IMG/VR virus record: IMGVR_UViG_3300032167_000039
Reading direction: 5' to 3' (one strand)
Source of the DNA: a virus
Taxonomy: Duplodnaviria; Caudoviricetes
DNA: 64,000 nucleotides
Shown: positions 31,438 through 38,482 of the stretch, one piece after another
How positions within the stretch are numbered: the first letter of the stretch is position 1
Layout: every line of letters starts with the position of its first letter
Notes under the pieces: model-generated
What the model was told of the DNA's origin: nothing
What the model saw: only the letters and a program-made list of their open reading frames with translations
Databases searched by the model: none
Position numbers and translations under genes: made by a program

Positions 31438-31547
31438 AAGACACATACAGCCAAAGATTATTTATAATCTATTGTAGGTTCGATTCCTATCTTTTCAATT
31501 ATTTCGAAAAGTCGCCTAATGGTAGGGCAATTATTTAATGTGTCTTG
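31438..31547 (+). ncRNA. Y-like cassette 3: permuted tRNA body
   Basis: aagacacat/atgtgtcttg; T arm, loop-closed acceptor cttttc/gaaaag, D arm gcctaatggtagggc. Confidence 0.85.
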
Positions 31548-31553
31548 TTTTAT

Positions 31554-31631
31554 GGGGTAGTAGACGAGTGGTATTAAGTCATCACCCTCTCAAGGTGAAG
31601 ATCGTGGGTTCAAATCCCGCCTGCCTCACCA
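31554..31631 (+). tRNA. tRNA-Glu(CUC)
   Basis: Cloverleaf, CCA. Confidence 0.9.
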
Positions 31632-31638
31632 TTTAAAT

Positions 31639-31716
31639 GGCGCCATAGACGAGCGGTATAAGTCGCCACCCCTTCAAGGTGGAGAGCGTTGGGTTCAAAT
31701 CCCACTGGCGTCACCA
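31639..31716 (+). tRNA. tRNA-Glu(UUC), C at position 33
   Basis: ccacc-ccttcaa-ggtgg, CCA. Confidence 0.82.
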
Positions 31717-31717
31717 T

Positions 31718-31790
31718 TAGACACTTTCCAGCAATAAAATTTTAAGCTCTATTTATAAAAAGAACACTGCTTATCGTTCGAAGGTGTCTT
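31718..31790 (+). ncRNA. Y-like cassette 4
   Basis: agacacttt-ccagcaa...aaggtgtctt; inner loop TTTATAA. Confidence 0.7.
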
Positions 31791-31795
31791 ATTAT

Positions 31796-31869
31796 CGAGG
31801 AGTAGTTTAACGGTAAAATACTAGTTTTGGGAACTAGAGTCGGGGTTTCGACTACCCCCTCTTCGACCA
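31796..31869 (+). tRNA. tRNA-Pro(UGG)
   Basis: Cloverleaf, CCA. Confidence 0.88.
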
Positions 31870-31875
31870 ATAGAT

Positions 31876-31952
31876 GTGGTAGGTAGCTTAATTGGTAAAG
31901 CGCATGGTTGTGGCCCATGAAGCTGCGAGTTCGAATCTCGTCCTTCCACCCA
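31876..31952 (+). tRNA. tRNA-His(GUG)
   Basis: G-1:C73, CCA. Confidence 0.9.
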
Positions 31953-31986
31953 TACTATCTATAATTATTATGGAAAGTTAAGAAAT

Positions 31987-32069
31987 GCGGATATGGTGGA
32001 ATTGGTAGACACGCTGTCTTGAGGGGGCAGTGAGCAATCGTTCGGGTTCAAATCCCGATATCCGCACCA
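31987..32069 (+). tRNA. tRNA-Leu(GAG)
   Basis: Cloverleaf, CCA. Confidence 0.92.
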
Positions 32070-32184
32070 TTAACTTAGACGGCCGACTAAGTATAAATAA
32101 AGGGGTGCATGACGTTTTGCTGTTTTCCGAAGAGGGCATTAAAGACAGAAAAAACAGCATACTAAATAGAAAGGAGAGGTAGCT

Positions 32185-32688
32185 GTGAATACTAAAATAT
32201 TTCATCGAGGTAATGGCGAGCCTGTTACTTATAGTGAAATGATGAAGTTAATTGCAGACTATATTAGCAAAGATACAAATCAAGAGTATGAAATCACTGT
32301 TGGTACAGATAGCCAAAACCATAGTAAAACAAAAATGGTAGAAGTTATCGCAATCCACTGTGTTGGACATGGCGGCATCTTCTTCTATCGGACGGATTTT
32401 ATTCGAAAGATTAAATCTCTTAAAGAAAAGATATTTGAAGAGACTTCAAGAAGTCTTGAGAATGCTCAAGGATTACTTGATGAAGTTGGATTTATTCTTC
32501 TTGAAAAGGAAATTGATATTGAAGAGTTAAATCTTCATTTTAAAATCCATTGTGACATTGGTCATTATGGAAAGACTTCAACTCTAATTAAAGAGATTGT
32601 GTCTTGGGTTCATTCTTGTGGTTACGAAGCGGTAATTAAACCTGATAGTTACGCCGCCTCAGGAATTGCAAATAAGATTAGCAAATAA
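32185..32688 (+). CDS. RNase H-like YkuK/DUF458 family protein
   Basis: VGTDSQ, GGIFFY, EETSRSL, IHCDIG, IKPDSYAAS.IA. Confidence 0.85.
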   Translation: MNTKIFHRGNGEPVTYSEMMKLIADYISKDTNQEYEITVGTDSQNHSKTKMVEVIAIHCVGHGGIFFYRTDFIRKIKSLKEKIFEETSRSLENAQGLLDEVGFILLEKEIDIEELNLHFKIHCDIGHYGKTSTLIKEIVSWVHSCGYEAVIKPDSYAASGIANKISK

Positions 32689-32699
32689 AGGAGAATTAT

Positions 32700-32888
32700 A
32701 TGACAGATAAAGAGAAGCTTGATGCATTTTTTGAATATACTCTTGATGCTGAAAGATACTGGCGGCAAAGAGCAAAAGATGGATTTGATAAATACGTATG
32801 TGCTTATCATTTAATGGCTATACAGGATATTCTCCAGTTCGCAGAAGTGGAATTGGGTATACCATATAAGCAATTACCGCTTAATTAA
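32700..32888 (+). CDS. Small protein, paralogue of 33382
   Basis: MTDKEKLD..AIQDILQFAE. Confidence 0.6.
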   Translation: MTDKEKLDAFFEYTLDAERYWRQRAKDGFDKYVCAYHLMAIQDILQFAEVELGIPYKQLPLN

Positions 32889-33032
32889 ATAATGCTGCCC
32901 GTCCCGGGGCGTGCCCCTTCTCCATGCGACCCTCCTGTGTGGGCATAAATTGCGATGCAAATGTGGATATAATACGGGGAACTGATGTACAAGCAAGGGT
33001 TTCTATTTTGTCGTCATTTGGCGGCGAAAGAT

Positions 33033-33111
33033 GCGGGATTGATGGAATTTAGGTATACATACTTGCCTTAGAAGCAAGGTTTTAGGGGTTCGAGTCCCCT
33101 ATCCCGTACCA
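33033..33111 (+). tRNA. tRNA-Leu(UAG), short variable arm
   Basis: cttgc-cttagaa-gcaag, ACCA. Confidence 0.88.
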
Positions 33112-33113
33112 TT

Positions 33114-33238
33114 AAGACCTATACTGCAAACTTTCTTATATGCTTTGGGAGCCGTAGGTTAGAGGTTCGAGCCCTCTTCTCTCCACCAATATGGGGAGAT
33201 AGCTCAATTGGATAGAGCGACGTATTTAATGGGTCTTG
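33114..33238 (+). ncRNA. Y-like cassette 5: permuted tRNA with Pro (UGG) loop
   Basis: aagaccta/tgggtcttg; TTTGGGA, T arm, tctctccACCA, atat, ggggaga, D arm. Confidence 0.85.
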
Positions 33239-33243
33239 TTTAT

Positions 33244-33321
33244 GGCGGCGTAGCATAGTTGGTCAAATGCGACTGCTTCATACGCAGTAGACCATAGGTT
33301 CGAATCCTATCGCCGCCACCA
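33244..33321 (+). tRNA. tRNA-Met(CAU)
   Basis: Cloverleaf, CCA. Confidence 0.92.
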
Positions 33322-33381
33322 GTATGTTGACAAAACTTCCGAAATATGATATAATATTTATAGTGATTAAGAAAAGAGGTT

Positions 33382-33597
33382 ATGAAAATGAGTGATACAG
33401 AAGCACTTGATATTCTTCTTTCTTACATAGAAAGACTTGAGGATAATTATATTCAAATTTTATCAGAATGTAGTAATGAAGCATATCCTTTGTATAGCGG
33501 AGGACTTTCTGCGATTATGGATATATTAAATTTTGCAGAAAAGGATTTGGGATTGTTAGTTAAATGTAACCCACTTGACTTTTCTTCTGAAATATGA
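33382..33597 (+). CDS. Small protein, paralogue of 32700
   Basis: MSDTEALD..AIMDILNFAE. Confidence 0.6.
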   Translation: MKMSDTEALDILLSYIERLEDNYIQILSECSNEAYPLYSGGLSAIMDILNFAEKDLGLLVKCNPLDFSSEI

Positions 33598-33623
33598 TAT
33601 AATATTTATAGTGATTAAGAAAT

Positions 33624-33747
33624 GCGATTGTAGCCCAACAGGCAGAGGCAATGGACACAGGATTAAAAGACTTTGATTGGGGCAGTACCAATATCCTGTA
33701 CCATTAAAATCCATTTAGTGTGGGTTCGAATCCCATCAATCGCACCA
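33624..33747 (+). tRNA. tRNA-Leu(UAA) interrupted by a 47-nt insert between positions 32 and 33
   Basis: Removing 33657-33703 restores atgga-cttaaaa-tccat and a complete cloverleaf. Confidence 0.88.
33657..33703 (+). ncRNA. Nested mini-tRNA (acceptor stem + T arm + ACCA)
   Basis: acaggat/atcctgt 7 bp, attgg-ggcagta-ccaat, ACCA. Confidence 0.8.
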
Positions 33748-33749
33748 AT

Positions 33750-33826
33750 CTTCCATTAGCCCAATTGGTAGAGGCAATATGCTCAAACCGTATTCAGTCT
33801 CAGTTCGAATCTGAGATGGAAGACCA
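33750..33826 (+). tRNA. tRNA-Leu(CAA), short variable arm
   Basis: Loop CTCAAAC, ACCA. Confidence 0.85.
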
Positions 33827-33830
33827 TTCT

Positions 33831-33966
33831 AAGACCTTTACAGCGAAAAACTTTTTCTAAAAGAATTGCTTGTTAAGCCGTGTGTTGGAGGTTCGAATCC
33901 TTCCTCTGGATATGATCCAGAGTAGCTCAAGTGGTAGAGCAACGACCCTCTTAAGAAAAGGTCTTG
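33831..33966 (+). ncRNA. Y-like cassette 6: permuted tRNA-Asn
   Basis: aagaccttt/aaaggtcttg; TTGTTAA, T arm, ctctgga-tatga-tccagag, D arm. Confidence 0.87.
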
Positions 33967-33972
33967 TTAATT

Positions 33973-34048
33973 GGCTCTATAGCCAAGTGGGTTAAGGCGT
34001 CTGACTGCAAATCAGAAGTCCCCTGTTCGAATCAGGGTAGAGCCTCCA
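33973..34048 (+). tRNA. tRNA-Cys(GCA)
   Basis: U73-CCA. Confidence 0.92.
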
Positions 34049-34055
34049 ATTAAAT

Positions 34056-34130
34056 GCCCTCATAATACAAAGGATAGTATAGGGACCTTCTAAGTCTCAT
34101 ATTCCAGTTCAATTCTGGATGAGGGTACCA
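34056..34130 (+). tRNA. tRNA-Arg(UCU)
   Basis: Cloverleaf, CCA. Confidence 0.9.
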
Positions 34131-34133
34131 AAT

Positions 34134-34223
34134 GGCTGGGTGCCCAAGTGGTCATAAGGGCGTAGACCTGAAATCTTCTGTGGTGTAACAGCCCCGTGGG
34201 TTCGAATCCCACCCCAGCCGCCA
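34134..34223 (+). tRNA. tRNA-Ser(UGA), C at position 33
   Basis: Long variable arm, loop CCTGAAA, GCCA. Confidence 0.82.
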
Positions 34224-34371
34224 TAAACAATCGCCCGCCGCCGAAATTATTAGAGGAAGTTATTTACTTTTTCTAAAATTTTTTACAAAGAAAGTTCGGC
34301 GGCGAGTAGGTTGACAAAATTTTCAAAATATGCTATAATAGTTATAGTAAAGTTCGAAAGGAGAAATTAAG

Positions 34372-34503
34372 ATGAAGAGACGAGAAGATATTGTTTTGAG
34401 AATTGAGAAGTTGAAGACCAAGCCTGTGGAAAACGCAAGACTTATCCGTAAGTGGGAACGTATTCTGCGAAATTTCGATAGGGTTGATAATTCAAATACT
34501 TGA
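34372..34503 (+). CDS. Small basic protein (43 aa)
   Basis: Promoter + AAGGAG SD; MKRREDIVLRIEKLK... Confidence 0.55.
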   Translation: MKRREDIVLRIEKLKTKPVENARLIRKWERILRNFDRVDNSNT

Positions 34504-34539
34504 CTTTTCTTACGGAATGTGATTTAATTATATTAATGA

Positions 34540-34599
34540 AAGACGAAAACAGCAATCTTAAACATCTGATTTGGGATCTGATAAGTTAAATTCGTCTTG
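34540..34599 (+). ncRNA. Y-like cassette 7: Pro-like anticodon hairpin
   Basis: aagacgaa-aacagcaa...ttcgtcttg; loop TTTGGGA. Confidence 0.75.
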
Positions 34600-34605
34600 A
34601 TATTT

Positions 34606-34682
34606 GGGATAGTAGCTCTAACGGTTAGAGCAGGAAGCTGTTAACTTCAAGGCTATAGGTTCGAATCCTATCTATCCCGCCA
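34606..34682 (+). tRNA. tRNA-Asn(GUU)
   Basis: Cloverleaf, GCCA. Confidence 0.9.
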
Positions 34683-34686
34683 ATAT

Positions 34687-34760
34687 GCAGCATTGGTGTA
34701 ACGGTAACATCTCTGCCTTCCAAGCAGATGTTGGGGGTTCGAGTCCCCTATGCTGCTCCA
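34687..34760 (+). tRNA. tRNA-Gly(UCC)
   Basis: Cloverleaf, TCCA. Confidence 0.92.
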
Positions 34761-34765
34761 TTTAT

Positions 34766-34900
34766 GGGAGATAGCCTCACGCCCAGACCTAACCAGTCAA
34801 TAGGAAAACAACCTTGTAGGAACGGGCGGTAACTGGCGCCGTATAGTCCAGACGATTGTTGCTGTGATTGTTGGCAAGCGAAAGTAGGAGTGGTTCTCCA
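34766..34900 (+). ncRNA. Unknown structured RNA ending in CCA
   Basis: ggaga/tctcc closing stem; cgccc/gggcg and ccagt/actgg crossing helices. Confidence 0.5.
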
Positions 34901-34913
34901 AACAATCAAATAT

Positions 34914-35000
34914 GGGTAGATAAACCGTAAGTGGTAGCGGGTGTGACTGTAAATCACATGCCTTTGTGCTCGGGTGGTTCGACTCCATCTCTGCCCACCA
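34914..35000 (+). tRNA. tRNA-Tyr(GUA)
   Basis: Variable arm, ACCA. Confidence 0.9.
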
Positions 35001-35039
35001 TAGAGTTTATTGGTTTTCTCCATAGCAAAAACCAAATTA

Positions 35040-35138
35040 AAGACAGTACCAGCCACTTTATTATAATTTTTAAAATGATATAGTGAAAATATTTTTAATC
35101 AGGTTTGTCCTCCTGACATAGTTTATAATACTGTCTTG
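35040..35138 (+). ncRNA. Y-like cassette 8: Asp-like hairpin
   Basis: aagacagta-ccagcca...tactgtcttg; tcagg/cctga with GTC in the loop. Confidence 0.7.
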
Positions 35139-35338
35139 TAAAAATTAAATGAACTTAGCACGCCTCTTATTAATGCGGACCACGCTAAGTCTTATAGGTC
35201 GGCAGTGGGTAAAACCTTGGAAGTGCCTTACCCTTAAAAGTTAAATATTCCTAATTAGTTAGTCACGGACTTGTGCTGCTGTAGTTCGTGCCGCCCAAAC
35301 AGCAGTGGGTGCAATTGGTTGAAAGTCCAAGGAAATTA

Positions 35339-35410
35339 TTCGCTGTAGTTTAATAAAAACCTACTTCTGTCAAAAGGGAGTATAATGCGAGTGTGGCCTC
35401 GTCGGCTAAT
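35339..35410 (+). pseudogene. Degenerate tRNA-Asp-like sequence
   Basis: D arm, CTGTCAA loop, non-canonical T loop, no CCA. Confidence 0.45.
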
Positions 35411-35478
35411 AATTTCTAAAATGACACTAAAGAGAAATACTTTCACGAGGTAGTGTTGTTCTTACTAAACTTTCTCAA

Positions 35479-35564
35479 AAGACGGTTTCAGCAAACTTTA
35501 AATGGTTAAATAAAAATTCTTTTGTAAAATTTTTAGAGAAGGTTCAATTCCTTCAATCGTCTTG
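35479..35564 (+). ncRNA. Y-like cassette 9: Tyr-like loop + T arm
   Basis: aagacggtt-tcagcaa...aatcgtcttg; TTGTAAA; gaagg-ttcaatt-ccttc. Confidence 0.75.
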
Positions 35565-35585
35565 TTAATAATTTAATAATTAATA

Positions 35586-35668
35586 AGACAAAGAGTAAAT
35601 AAGAGTAATTAACTTATGATGAGGTTCCTCATAGCCTTCTCTTTGTCTTTTTATTTTATATGAGGAAA
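35586..35668 (+). promoter_or_regulatory. Structured leader upstream of an endonuclease gene
   Basis: aagacaaagag/ctctttgtctt stem; loop ttcctcata complementary to downstream tatgaggaa. Confidence 0.55.
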
Positions 35669-35690
35669 TAAATATTATGAGGTGTTTATT

Positions 35691-36578
35691 ATGAGAAAGT
35701 GGGAAGCTTTTTCAGAGGAAGAATTGAGAGAAATTTATAATCAAAGCGCAAATAAACAAACTTTTGCTAAATTATTAGGGTACAAAGGTACAGACACTCG
35801 TTTTATTAAAGAAATACAAAGTGTCTATCCTTGGTTAATTTTTTTAAGGCATGAAGATTTAACAGGAAAGGTTTTTGGTAAATTAACTGTTCTATCAAAA
35901 AATAATGAATTTGGAGGTTCTAATCACTCATATTGGGATTGTCGGTGTGAATGCGGAAAAATAACAACAGTAAGAAGAGATGCTTTAATAGAAGGTAAAA
36001 CAAAATCTTGCGGTTGTAATTCTTATCGTGTGGCGGGCATTAAAAATATGGATGATTTAACTGGAAAGAAGTTTGGTAAACTAACTGTAATCAATAGAGA
36101 CTTTGAAAAAACAGACGCGAGTAAACAAGCATTTTGGTGGTGTGTTTGTGATTGTGGAGAAAAAATTTCTGTTGGAAGAGGCTCTTTAAAAAGTGGAGCA
36201 ACTCGTTCTTGTGGGTGCTTGAAATCAAAGGGAGAAGAAAAAATTTCTAAAATTCTTAATGATAATAAAATTCCTCATATAAAAGGATATACTTTTAATG
36301 ATTTAAAAGGAAAGAGAAATAAATTAAAATTTGATTTTGCTATTTTTGATTCCTTTCAATCTTTAATTTGTTTGATCGAATTTCAAGGTATACAACATTT
36401 TCAAGATATGATTGCTTGGCAAGGCTCTCTTACAGTTGATGAGCAAAAAGAGAATGATAAAAAGAAGAGGGAATATTGCCTAAAGAATAATATTCCTCTT
36501 ATTGAAATTTCATGTGAAGACTATGAAGAAATAAGTGCAGATTATTTATTGAGTTTAATATATCAAAAAGGAGAGTAA
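35691..36578 (+). CDS. Homing-type endonuclease (2 repeats + Vsr/DUF559-like nuclease)
   Basis: Paralogue of 23715/25819/59803. Confidence 0.8.
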   Translation: MRKWEAFSEEELREIYNQSANKQTFAKLLGYKGTDTRFIKEIQSVYPWLIFLRHEDLTGKVFGKLTVLSKNNEFGGSNHSYWDCRCECGKITTVRRDALIEGKTKSCGCNSYRVAGIKNMDDLTGKKFGKLTVINRDFEKTDASKQAFWWCVCDCGEKISVGRGSLKSGATRSCGCLKSKGEEKISKILNDNKIPHIKGYTFNDLKGKRNKLKFDFAIFDSFQSLICLIEFQGIQHFQDMIAWQGSLTVDEQKENDKKKREYCLKNNIPLIEISCEDYEEISADYLLSLIYQKGE

Positions 36579-36582
36579 TAAT

Positions 36583-38019
36583 ATGAGTTTTGTAGATGGA
36601 TTTAATGCAATGACAACCATGAAGACTACGGAAAATGGCGCGGTAGCTTATTCTAAACTTGATAGTGATGTTTTATCTCTTTTTGCCGTAGTTGGCGGTA
36701 TGAGAAAGCGTGATGAAGCTGATATTGTTCAGATGTATCATGCGGCTCGTAAGGAAGACAAGGAGCTTGCTGACAAGATTGTCCTCTATGCTCGTGATGT
36801 GCGTGGAGTAGGTCTTGGTGAGCGTAGAATCGGTAAGATTCTTCTTAAGGCTCTTGCTTATATTGATCGTGCAAAGGTGGAGAGAAATTTCCAGACCTTT
36901 GTAATGAATGGTCGTTTCGATGACCTTTATGCCCTTGAGGGAACCCCTGCAGAGACTGCTATGTGGCAGTTTATGAAGGATACTCTTCTTAAGGATGCGG
37001 CAGCAATGAAGGTTGGTAAGCCTATTAGTCTCGCCGCAAAGTGGATGAAGTCTATTAACACTTCTTCTGCTGAATCTAAGAGACTTGCAAGAAAGTTCTG
37101 TACTGTTGCAGGTATCTCTGAGAGAACTTATCGTAAGACCCTTGCGGCCCTTCGTAAGTATTCTAATGTAGTTGAGGTTAAGATGTCTACTAATGAGTGG
37201 GAGGCTATCAACTTCGAGGCAGTACCTTCTGTCGCAATGAAGAGATATTCTACTGCTTTTGGCAAGCATTGTCCTAATGCTTTTACTCAGTATAAGCACG
37301 AGCTGACTACTGGTGAAGCAAAGGTAAATGCTCAGACTCTTTATCCTTATGACATCACCTACCAGTTCATGTACGGTGGCAATGCCGATAAGGCTATCCT
37401 TGAAGCTCAATGGAAGGCACAAAAGAATTGGTTCAAGGAAGATGCTAAGATTGTAGTTGCAGCAGATGTTTCTGCTTCTATGACCGGAATGCCTATGGCG
37501 GCGTCAGTGGGTCTTGCAATGTATGCAGCAACTTTTAATCAAGGGTCCTATCACGGATATTATCTTACTTTTACAGATAAGCCTTATTTTTACAAGATTG
37601 ATGAAAATGAGAGTCTTGAAACTAATATTAGAAAAGTTATGAGAAACGTTGGGTATAATACTGAAATGGATAAAATGTTTGAAGCTATTTATGAAATGGC
37701 AGTAAGAGAAAATGATGCACCTGACGCGCTTGTTATTGTTTCTGATATGGAGATTGATAGATTTATGAGAGCCAATGCTTGTGATGATATCATTACAAAA
37801 TGGGTGAATAAGTTCAGAAATGCTGGGCTTGAATGTCCAAAGATGATTCTTTGGAATGCAGAGAGTAGACAGAACACATATCTTGCCCGTTCTAATAATC
37901 CTTATGTTGCTTTTGTAAGCGGTTGTTCTGCTAGTACTTTTGGTAATCTTACTGAATTAATTTCAATGAGTGCTTACGAAGCAATGGTTAAGATTCTTAG
38001 CCAGTACGAGTTTGTATAA
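36583..38019 (+). CDS. TROVE/vWA Ro60-like protein (DUF2828 type)
   Basis: TENGA, YARDVRG.GLGER, LAAKW, VPSVAM, LYPYD, MIDAS DVSASM and SDME, WN. Confidence 0.85.
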   Translation: MSFVDGFNAMTTMKTTENGAVAYSKLDSDVLSLFAVVGGMRKRDEADIVQMYHAARKEDKELADKIVLYARDVRGVGLGERRIGKILLKALAYIDRAKVERNFQTFVMNGRFDDLYALEGTPAETAMWQFMKDTLLKDAAAMKVGKPISLAAKWMKSINTSSAESKRLARKFCTVAGISERTYRKTLAALRKYSNVVEVKMSTNEWEAINFEAVPSVAMKRYSTAFGKHCPNAFTQYKHELTTGEAKVNAQTLYPYDITYQFMYGGNADKAILEAQWKAQKNWFKEDAKIVVAADVSASMTGMPMAASVGLAMYAATFNQGSYHGYYLTFTDKPYFYKIDENESLETNIRKVMRNVGYNTEMDKMFEAIYEMAVRENDAPDALVIVSDMEIDRFMRANACDDIITKWVNKFRNAGLECPKMILWNAESRQNTYLARSNNPYVAFVSGCSASTFGNLTELISMSAYEAMVKILSQYEFV

Positions 38020-38076
38020 AAACATTGCGGCGGTGTTTTTATCCGTTCTCATCGCCGTTAAATGTTCTTCATAAAA

Positions 38077-38317
38077 AAGACCTTTAATCAGCAATCTTAT
38101 AGATGATAACAGAGAAAATACATTATTTCATGACTATTTGTCAGTGGGAGCGCGTAGCCTAAGCGAGATATTAGGACTTTATCTTCGGATAATGGAGTAC
38201 CAATACTTATTATTGGCGTTCTATAGAACGAGAACTATAGCGTTTTCTTGGAGCGAGATACTAAGACGGCGGATCGCTTGTAAAGATACCTAAAGTCTCA
38301 TAGAGCAGAAGGTCTTG
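38077..38317 (+). ncRNA. Y-like cassette 10 (long, multi-hairpin payload)
   Basis: aagacctt-taatcagcaa...aaggtcttg directly after the TROVE gene. Confidence 0.7.
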
Positions 38318-38318
38318 T

Positions 38319-38350
38319 GGGTAGTAGTTTTTCTACTACCCTCTTTTTAT
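38319..38350 (+). terminator. Intrinsic terminator closing the TROVE/cassette-10 unit
   Basis: gggtagtag/ctactaccc + T-rich tail. Confidence 0.8.
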
Positions 38351-38482
38351 ACTCTGTCGCCGCCCCAAGATTTGAGACAATGGATAGAGAGAAATTTTGA
38401 TTCGGCGGCCACAAGGATATTGACTTTCTTTTTAGAGTGTGGTATAATTATTATAGAAAATGAGAAAAGGAGATAAATTATA

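Noticed and set aside
32893-33030. Twister or HDV-like ribozyme
   Set aside because: TAATGCTGCC and GTACAAGC resemble twister motifs, but the required 3' pairing strands could not be found
33657-33703. Group I intron or tmRNA
   Set aside because: Only 47 nt; no catalytic core, tag ORF or G3.U70 pair
28979-35056. ORFs overlapping tRNAs (28979, 29780, 30247, 31202, 31978, 34748, 34797)
   Set aside because: Spurious translations of tRNA/ncRNA sequence
30036-38317. Cassettes as CRISPR repeats, terminators or IS ends
   Set aside because: Stems covary rather than being identical, payloads are tRNA-derived, and there is no U-tract, transposase or target duplication
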